DNA of 32,000 bases, from positions 30,001 through 62,000 of the forward strand of contig CAYZRF010000004.1 in the NCBI GenBank assembly GCA_964480775.1, in the 5' to 3' direction. The number at the start of each line of letters is the position of its first letter. The first letter of the stretch is position 1. This stretch comes from an uncultured Nitrososphaerota archaeon. Its GTDB lineage: Archaea; Korarchaeota; Korarchaeia; Korarchaeales; Korarchaeaceae. The position numbers and the translations under genes are program-made. This document shows positions 26,381 to 32,000 of this stretch, one piece after another. The notes under the pieces are model-generated. The model saw only the letters and a list, made by a program, of their open reading frames with translations, was not told where the DNA came from and searched no databases.

Positions 26381-26392
26381 AAGATTATATTT
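26381..26392 (+). promoter_or_regulatory. TATA-like box upstream of tRNA-Phe
   Basis: AAGATTATATTT is centred about 30 nt upstream of the tRNA 5' end. Confidence 0.5.
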
Positions 26393-26415
26393 CTCTTTCA
26401 GAAAAATGCTAAGAG

Positions 26416-26537
26416 GCCGGGGTAGCTCAGACTGGGAGAAAAATTCGGCGGAGGGAAATCCGTTTCCCGAAAGCGCTCGGCTGAAGAGTCCAAACGTAGA
26501 AACCGAGCGGTCCCGGGTTCAAATCCCGGCCCCGGCA
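26416..26537 (+). tRNA. tRNA-Phe (anticodon GAA) with two introns (D-stem ~33 nt; anticodon loop ~15 nt)
   Basis: Hand fold gives acceptor GCCGGGG/CCCCGGC. The D arm is GCTC-AGACTGGGA-GA[33 nt]GC. Then come G26, anticodon stem CTCGG/CCGAG, loop CTGAAG[15 nt]A, and T arm CCGGG-TTCAAAT-CCCGG. Confidence 0.75.
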
Positions 26538-26747
26538 TCGCTCCTTTATTTTCTCGCAAAAATCTTCTATTTTATGAGAGATTGCTTGTGGGAAGAGCAA
26601 GGCTTCATATACTAAAGAAATCCGTTACTTTTCACCCTAACAGTTCACTCAATAAAGATAAGATCCTCTTAACGGCCTTGTAGTCTCTGGAAACCGTTTA
26701 CTTCGCAACGCTCCGCACTCTCTCGATGCAGGGTGCTTTCTTGGTAT

Positions 26748-27452
26748 TCAGCCATCCCTCAGAGGACGAGTGCCATGCCTGCACAACTCCTCGAGGTGGC
26801 CTGCCCATGACAATATGTCGCAGAACGTCTCATAAGGCGATCGAACGTCTTTAATGAATTCCATAAGATGCGATCCTATGGAATACTCGCAGGAATTCAT
26901 CTCAAAATTCACCACAACTATGAACTTACCTTCTCTCCTCCAAAACTCAACCTTCCGAATTTTCCTCCAAACGGATCCCTCCATGATAGAGGTTTCTATC
27001 AAATTGGCTAGGAAATCCTCGATTCTCCCCTTTTTTACGCTTAAGCGTATTCCTAAAGCCTTCAAAAATCTGTTAAAACTTCTAATCGTTCTGAACCATG
27101 GCAGTTCTAGGGGTAGTTCCGCTAGAAAACTCGATTTGTCGTTTTTAACTTCCAAGGATATTTCTGCAAGCGTATCGGTGTACGGAACGGTTGGGTCTCG
27201 GTCATATATCCAGATCATGAGATAAGGTCTCTCCTTTCCAGCTGTAGCGGCTCTTATTGCATTGATTAGGATCCACAGGTCCCTGTTTGCTTCTTCTAGC
27301 GGGACTCCGAAGTCTTCGTTCACGTTAAGGTCATACCTTATTAGGGCTCTTTCGCCCTCCCTGAATATCCAAACTCTCCTCAGGAGAGGGTCCTCCTCCA
27401 ACCTGTACCTAAAAATAGCTTCTTTGAGAAGATCCAACATACTTGATGACAT
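26748..27452 (-). CDS. hypothetical protein (234 aa), no family recognised, internally duplicated module
   Basis: This is the only long ORF here. Its amino-acid composition is balanced and protein-like. Repeated segments fall at aa 8-70 and aa 150-217. Confidence 0.6.
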   Translation of the reverse strand: MSSSMLDLLKEAIFRYRLEEDPLLRRVWIFREGERALIRYDLNVNEDFGVPLEEANRDLWILINAIRAATAGKERPYLMIWIYDRDPTVPYTDTLAEISLEVKNDKSSFLAELPLELPWFRTIRSFNRFLKALGIRLSVKKGRIEDFLANLIETSIMEGSVWRKIRKVEFWRREGKFIVVVNFEMNSCEYSIGSHLMEFIKDVRSPYETFCDILSWAGHLEELCRHGTRPLRDG

Positions 27453-27561
27453 AGTATAGGGGAACGAGCTTCCTTGGCATTTTACGAATGCAGGCCTTAT
27501 AACCTTTTAGGTCCAGATGCGTGCAGGTTCCTTGATTTATCATAGTACACTCAGATATAAT

Positions 27562-28122
27562 TCAGGGTCTCTCTAAGAGGAGCGCACAAAGCGCCTCGTC
27601 ATGAAACTCTTGATCTCTTCTATACCGCTTAGCCCTGATCCCTTCCAGCCTAAACCCCACTTTCTCGAGTAAGCGTCTCATCGCAATGTTACTTCCCAGA
27701 GTGTCCGCTTCCAACCTCAAAAACCCCTGTTTTTTGGCAAGAGAAATGCAAGCTTTAAGCAGCTTAGTTCCAATACCCCTCCTCCAAAACTCAGGACGTA
27801 CTACTATCCCAATCTCTCCTACGTGATGTAATTCTCCAGCTTCACCCTTGAGTCTACGAATTCCTACGAAACCAACGACTTTTCCCTGAACTTTTGCAAC
27901 GAGAAGTTCATCCTCTGTCTGAGGAAGCCTCTCAATGGCCTCTTTGAAGGCCAGGTATGCTTTTTCAACATCTCCTTCAAAGGTAAGAATGTCCCATTTA
28001 GCAACCTCTGGATGCACTTCTATCTCAGCAAGCATGTGGATGTCGTCGCTGGATGGGCGTATTTCTTTTGCGTTGATTATCTCCAGCTTAAGAGGTCTCT
28101 CCCCTAACTCACTCATCTTCAT
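27562..28122 (-). CDS. GNAT-family N-acetyltransferase
   Basis: The acetyl-CoA-binding motif A is present (IVVRPEFWRRGIGTKLLKACISLAKKQG), followed by RRLLEKVGFRLEG. The protein is 186 aa. Confidence 0.85.
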   Translation of the reverse strand: MKMSELGERPLKLEIINAKEIRPSSDDIHMLAEIEVHPEVAKWDILTFEGDVEKAYLAFKEAIERLPQTEDELLVAKVQGKVVGFVGIRRLKGEAGELHHVGEIGIVVRPEFWRRGIGTKLLKACISLAKKQGFLRLEADTLGSNIAMRRLLEKVGFRLEGIRAKRYRRDQEFHDEALCALLLERP

Positions 28123-28210
28123 TTTAAGTGATCCAGAGCTCTTTAAATGATTGCAATTTAGCGAGAAAGCGTTATAAAACTAAAGTTGAAGTCACGGGCT
28201 TGAGTTCATA

Positions 28211-28233
28211 ATATGTTTAAATATATGTTCAAA
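28211..28233 (+). promoter_or_regulatory. tandem ATATGTT[T/C]AAA repeats / imperfect palindrome overlapping a TATA-like box upstream of vapB
   Basis: ATATGTTTAAA (28211-28221) and ATATGTTCAAA (28223-28233) lie 14-36 nt before ATG 28247. Confidence 0.45.
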
Positions 28234-28246
28234 CATAACCGTCAAA

Positions 28247-28459
28247 ATGCCAAAGACAATCACCATAAGGGACGAGGTATACGATAAGTTGCTAAAGGTG
28301 AAAAGAGAAGGCGAAAGCTTTAGTGAGCTCTTTGAAAGGCTTATCGAGGGCATGAATCCCCTAGAAACCCTGAAAAAGCTCAGGGGCTGCGTCGAGTTTA
28401 GGGGCAAGGGAGAGATGCTTTCAGAAATCTACGCCAGAAGAGAGGAGAGGAGGCTATGA
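28247..28459 (+). CDS. vapB: VapB-type antitoxin (archaeal 'putative antitoxin' family)
   Basis: The N-terminus MPKTITIRDEVYDKLLKVKREGESFSELFERLI matches the archaeal VapB pattern. It overlaps the downstream PIN gene by 4 nt. Confidence 0.75.
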   Translation: MPKTITIRDEVYDKLLKVKREGESFSELFERLIEGMNPLETLKKLRGCVEFRGKGEMLSEIYARREERRL

Positions 28460-28836
28460 TAGTCATCGATACCGACGTTCTAATCGAGATTTTTGATAAA
28501 AAGTCCGATAAAGGGGATGAAGCCCTCAACAAAATCGTTAGCAGCGGTCAGGACATAGCTATAACCTCGATAAACCTTCATGAGATCCTTTATGGCCTTT
28601 ACAAGTATGCAAAGCCCATTAGAGACGTTCTTCTGCTGCCAGTAATTGACTTCACCAAGAAAGATGCAAGCTTGTCTGCAGAAATAGAGGTTAAGTCTGA
28701 GAGAGCCGGGAAACCCGTTCGTAGAACTGATGCCATGATAGCTGCCATCGTCATAAACAGAGGAGCATCCCTTTACACATTCGATTCAAGGCATTTTGAG
28801 CCCTTAAAGTCCTTTGGTCTCAAACTCTTTTCTTAA
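28456..28836 (+). CDS. vapC: VapC-type PIN-domain toxin
   Basis: MIVIDTDVLIE contains the first acidic residue. Further acidic positions (LHEILYG, RRTDAMIAA, FDSRHF) fall at typical PIN spacing. The protein is 126 aa. Confidence 0.85.
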   Translation: MIVIDTDVLIEIFDKKSDKGDEALNKIVSSGQDIAITSINLHEILYGLYKYAKPIRDVLLLPVIDFTKKDASLSAEIEVKSERAGKPVRRTDAMIAAIVINRGASLYTFDSRHFEPLKSFGLKLFS

Positions 28837-29382
28837 TTGGATTTCATGAAAAAACCGTGCTAATCTGGATAGAATAAAACTGGAAGATTTGCTGGCTAAT
28901 GCTTTTTTCTATGTCAAACATGTCAGCTATTGATGGATGTAGCTTTGGGGAGCCTACGGAGACCTTGGCTACGACGGGTTGAATGGTAAAAGAGCTAGAG
29001 AAGCGATTGAAGCTATGGAGAAGATAATAAATGAAATTGATAGGAATACCGGAATTAGACTTAAATCAGAAGGAAAAGATGAGGGTGATTTATCGTTTGT
29101 ACGGTAAAGGAAGAGTGGAAGGAATGGTTTAAAGGAATGGAGGTAAAAGGCTTGGAAATGGATGTTTTATAATTCCTGTAGAGAGCCTGAACGAGCTCTT
29201 GAATTTCTTAAAGTGCAATGGCGTTGAATTCGAGGTAAATAAGGTGTACGCTCAATAGCTAGGTTACATTGAAATCGGAAAACCCTATAACAAAATCAGA
29301 AGTAACCATGATACGACCCCCTTATAGCCAGAAAAAAGCGAACGATCTACGTAGCAGGTTGGATGCAAGAAAAGAGGCTGGG

Positions 29383-31998
29383 TTAAAGCCTTGAAAAAAG
29401 CTTACCCAGCCACGAAGTTGATGTTTTAGCCCCCAAAGCCATAGCCGACAGTGCAAGGACCGAGGTTGATGCCATCGCTAGTGCGCTACTTCCAAGCATG
29501 TAAGAAGCGAGTACTAGCGCCAGGGATGAGGTAACACTAAGGAGAACGATCCTAAGTGACCTACGGCCCTTGAGTCTTTCATCTATTCTTCCGAGCATAT
29601 ACAGCACAGGTGACATGTATATGACCCCGAGAATCGCGCAGCTAACCACCTCCATCAGCAAGAAACCGACTTCGATGTTAGCCTTGGCCAAGGGTTCAAA
29701 CAGCCTTTGGCATATCCTTAGAGTGTAGATTATCGGATACAGGAATGCTCTCATAAACGTCCTTAGACCCTTATTTTCCTCTATGGCTGATGCCACGGCG
29801 GGACTCCAAGAGTAGTAGAACTTATTGAAGGCACGCATGAAGGACCTGCCGAGAAAGCTTCTCATGACGATGTTGTCTCTGAACCCTCTCAGGAGCTGAA
29901 CCTCATCAGACAGCTCGCTACCGTAGGTTGTGGTTGCAACAACGCATTTACCATGTTCGCTAATTACTATTGTTGCGGTTGCTGAACTTGATGCTCCCCC
30001 GCCTTCTCCTTTGATGAAGAAGGTATAGGTTCCTGGTGTACTACCAGCTTTCACGTTTAGAGTGGAGATTCCGGTTGGTAAGATGGATGACTGATCGAAG
30101 CTCCAGGTGAAATCAGATGGAAGCCCCTCGACACTTAGATGCACGGTCTCAGCGGTTCCAGAGGTAAGCTCCACCTCCACCTTAAACGAGATGGTTCCTC
30201 CGGGTCCTACGTTTGCTTTCGGAGGCTTGACGCTCAGCACGAAGTTAAATGAGGAAGGAGTGGGAGAAGGAGAGGGCGATGGAGTTGGCGACGGGGTGGG
30301 CGAAGGCGTAGGAGAAGGAGAGGATGGTGTAGATGGAGGTGCGGGTGGTGGAGGAGCAGGATTTATGATCAGGGTCGCGGTGTCGCTGTGGGTCTTTCCT
30401 CCTCCACTGGCTGTGACCGTAAACACAAAAGTTCCGGTCGTTTCCCCTGTACTGATCACGAGAGAGTAGGTGTAGGTGCCAACAGGGTTCAGCTGGTACG
30501 TTACATCCCCGGGCAGTCCTGAAACCGTTAGGCTAAGGGTTCCTGAGAAACCTCCTGTCGGAGTTATTGAAACTGTGTAGGATGCCTGTTTGCCTGCTTC
30601 CACGCTATTTTCTCCAGGAGATATACCTATGAGGAAATCTGGCTCCTCTGGCATGGCTATTGCGAAGGGACCTGCTCTATCCGTGTCGTATATGTCTAAA
30701 AACATGCCAAAGCAATTGCTTATCACCTTAACCTCGATCAGACAATTGCTTGACTCTATCTCCGGAACCTCCCAGTCGTAACTCATCGTTCCGCCGGTGT
30801 TATCTATGCAGTCTATCTTCGTCCAAGAAAATCCGCCATCGAAAGAGAATCTTATTTCAACCTTATTGCCTGGAGCCGAGGTCTCCCACCTTATCCTATA
30901 CGTTTCGCCAGCTGTTATGGTTTCTCCTGTCACTGGCGCTATAAGGTGTATCTCATACTCTGTGGTGATCTTGAAAGTTCCAGCGCTCACATCCGTACAG
31001 TACTCTTCGGACGGAGTTCCGCAGCTTGACTTCCAAACAGCCTTTATCTTGCAAATGGAGGAGTCCTCTGTGGGAACCGTCCAATCGTATGAGCCGCTTG
31101 TAGATGGGTTCGGGACGCAATCTATGAGATGATAGCTGGCTCCCCCGTCAACCGAGTAATACAGCTCGACAAATCCTCCTGGTTCCGATGTCAACCATCT
31201 TATTGTGAAGGTTTCACCAGCCTTTAGGCTCTCTCCCCCGCTTGGATCCGTCAATGAGATCTTCATGTAATAAACCACGACGCGCGGTCGATCATCCCCT
31301 GAACAACATGGCACGCTTCCTCCTTCTCTAGATAGGAAATTTGCCCTGCAAGGATCTTCAGAAAGGAGCATCAAGCCGTAGTTCTCGTGATCGCCGTTGA
31401 CAACTCCTTGCACGAACTCAGTTATGTCCCAATCCACAAGCGAACAAGAGCTATCACTTACCGTCGTGCTTGCCGTTGGGTTGACGTGATCTCCTCCCTC
31501 ATGCAGCCAATCTAGCGTACAGGTCCTCCTCCTCCAGGTCACGCAGTTCTCAGTAAAACCCCTAGGAAGCCTTTTTGCGCGTATTGTCATTGTGCCCCCA
31601 GTAGGATTAAACGATTGTAGCCTTAGATAGAGCGTTGCCTCTATTACCTTTGCTCCGGCTGGAATAGAGCCTAAGGGAAAGTAGAGAACCGCTCTATATG
31701 TATCTCCACTGTATTTTCCAACGTGTAGATACCCATCAGATCCATAGTTGGTGTCCGGAGTTACGTCAGTAATAAAAGCGTCCTCCGTGGCGTATATCGT
31801 TTGCATTCCCATATCCATCATAGTTTGCATTCCTGAGTCCCTCCCCGAATCCTCAAACCCTGTTCCCATGCTTGATGTCAAATCTATGGTGTATTTGGCG
31901 CTTGCGGAGGATGAGAGAATGTCATATGTCCCATGCACGCTTCCGACTATGGTGGCGGCCAACAAAATTACTAGGAAGAAGGCTAACCTGCTGGACAT
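29383..31998 (-). CDS. secreted multidomain surface protein: signal peptide, DNRLRE-like domain, 2 tandem ~100-aa repeats, 2 Ig-like domains split by a Pro/Thr/Ser linker, Cys-box module, polytopic C-terminal membrane anchor
   Basis: The N-terminus MSSRLAFFLVILLAATIVGSVHG is signal-like. Domain boundaries were read from the translation. The C-terminal 120 aa contain 3-4 hydrophobic helices. Confidence 0.8.
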   Translation of the reverse strand: MSSRLAFFLVILLAATIVGSVHGTYDILSSSASAKYTIDLTSSMGTGFEDSGRDSGMQTMMDMGMQTIYATEDAFITDVTPDTNYGSDGYLHVGKYSGDTYRAVLYFPLGSIPAGAKVIEATLYLRLQSFNPTGGTMTIRAKRLPRGFTENCVTWRRRTCTLDWLHEGGDHVNPTASTTVSDSSCSLVDWDITEFVQGVVNGDHENYGLMLLSEDPCRANFLSREGGSVPCCSGDDRPRVVVYYMKISLTDPSGGESLKAGETFTIRWLTSEPGGFVELYYSVDGGASYHLIDCVPNPSTSGSYDWTVPTEDSSICKIKAVWKSSCGTPSEEYCTDVSAGTFKITTEYEIHLIAPVTGETITAGETYRIRWETSAPGNKVEIRFSFDGGFSWTKIDCIDNTGGTMSYDWEVPEIESSNCLIEVKVISNCFGMFLDIYDTDRAGPFAIAMPEEPDFLIGISPGENSVEAGKQASYTVSITPTGGFSGTLSLTVSGLPGDVTYQLNPVGTYTYSLVISTGETTGTFVFTVTASGGGKTHSDTATLIINPAPPPPAPPSTPSSPSPTPSPTPSPTPSPSPSPTPSSFNFVLSVKPPKANVGPGGTISFKVEVELTSGTAETVHLSVEGLPSDFTWSFDQSSILPTGISTLNVKAGSTPGTYTFFIKGEGGGASSSATATIVISEHGKCVVATTTYGSELSDEVQLLRGFRDNIVMRSFLGRSFMRAFNKFYYSWSPAVASAIEENKGLRTFMRAFLYPIIYTLRICQRLFEPLAKANIEVGFLLMEVVSCAILGVIYMSPVLYMLGRIDERLKGRRSLRIVLLSVTSSLALVLASYMLGSSALAMASTSVLALSAMALGAKTSTSWLGKLFSRL
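30250..30360 (-). repeat. low-complexity Pro/Thr/Ser linker coding repeat (APPPPAPPSTPSSPSPTPSPTPSPTPSPSPSPTPSS)
   Basis: Degenerate TPSP/SPSP units are visible in the translation of aa 547-583. The plus strand shows matching GGNGAN periodicity. Confidence 0.8.
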
Positions 31999-32000
31999 TA

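Noticed and set aside
26406-26615. A 69-aa plus-strand ORF.
   Set aside because: It is read straight through the tRNA-Phe gene, so it is an artefact. The same applies to 17032-17262 and 17195-17383 (minus), which lie over rps27ae and tRNA-Arg.
27562-28122. The GNAT acting as a TacT/AtaT-type toxin, with the 234-aa protein as its antitoxin.
   Set aside because: - The gene order and size do not fit known GNAT/RHH modules, where a small RHH antitoxin lies upstream.
- The GNAT N-terminus looks RimL/RimJ-like.
- A 109-bp gap separates the two genes.
- I keep it only as a context note.
24842-29382. An integrated virus or plasmid at tRNA-Ala or tRNA-Phe.
   Set aside because: - There is no integrase, replication or capsid gene.
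- By eye I could not find a duplicated tRNA 3' segment (att site).
- Only composition and gene content hint at foreign origin, so this is reported only as a low-confidence islet.
1-32000. CRISPR arrays, rRNA genes and IS elements or transposases.
   Set aside because: - No regularly spaced direct repeats were seen.
- No rRNA-like sequence was seen.
- No transposase- or integrase-like ORF appears in any frame of the provided track.

Overview
The window reads as an archaeal chromosome segment. Protein composition is thermophile-like, and all five tRNAs have almost pure G:C stems in a genome of mid-40s % GC. I infer a TACK or Korarchaeota-like lineage from the combination of non-canonical tRNA introns and a SepF-like gene. 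I cannot verify that without a database search.

Positions 1-24.8 kb are densely packed core information-processing genes:
- The classical exosome superoperon: L15e, UPF0201, RNase P Rpp30 and Pop5, proteasome alpha, SBDS, Rrp4/41/42, L37Ae, Brix, Pcc1-like.
- CCA-adding enzyme, enolase, PheST and DUF763.
- The Fcf1-PIN / Rpo7 / Spt4 / S24e / S27ae cluster.
- KsgA, RtcB, FKBP and UPF0179.
- Proteasome beta with aCPSF1, a SepF-like gene, and Sm with L37e.

There are five tRNA genes. Three of them carry four introns in total, and two of those introns sit at non-canonical D-arm positions.

Positions 24.85-32 kb are accessory-like:
- A low-GC stretch between tRNA-Ala and tRNA-Phe holds one HeH + DUF4145/HEPN-like reading frame broken by a single in-frame TAA.
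- An orphan 234-aa protein shows an internal duplication.
- A GNAT acetyltransferase and a VapBC pair follow.
- A 546-bp ORF-free stretch contains frame-broken coding remnants.
- An 871-aa secreted multidomain surface protein ends the window.

I found no CRISPR array, transposase, integrase or rRNA. I cannot support a clear multi-gene novel system. The best candidates for follow-up are the tRNA-flanked toxin-domain islet, the orphan protein, the small C2CH protein and the surface protein. All family assignments come from motif recognition by eye, not from searches.
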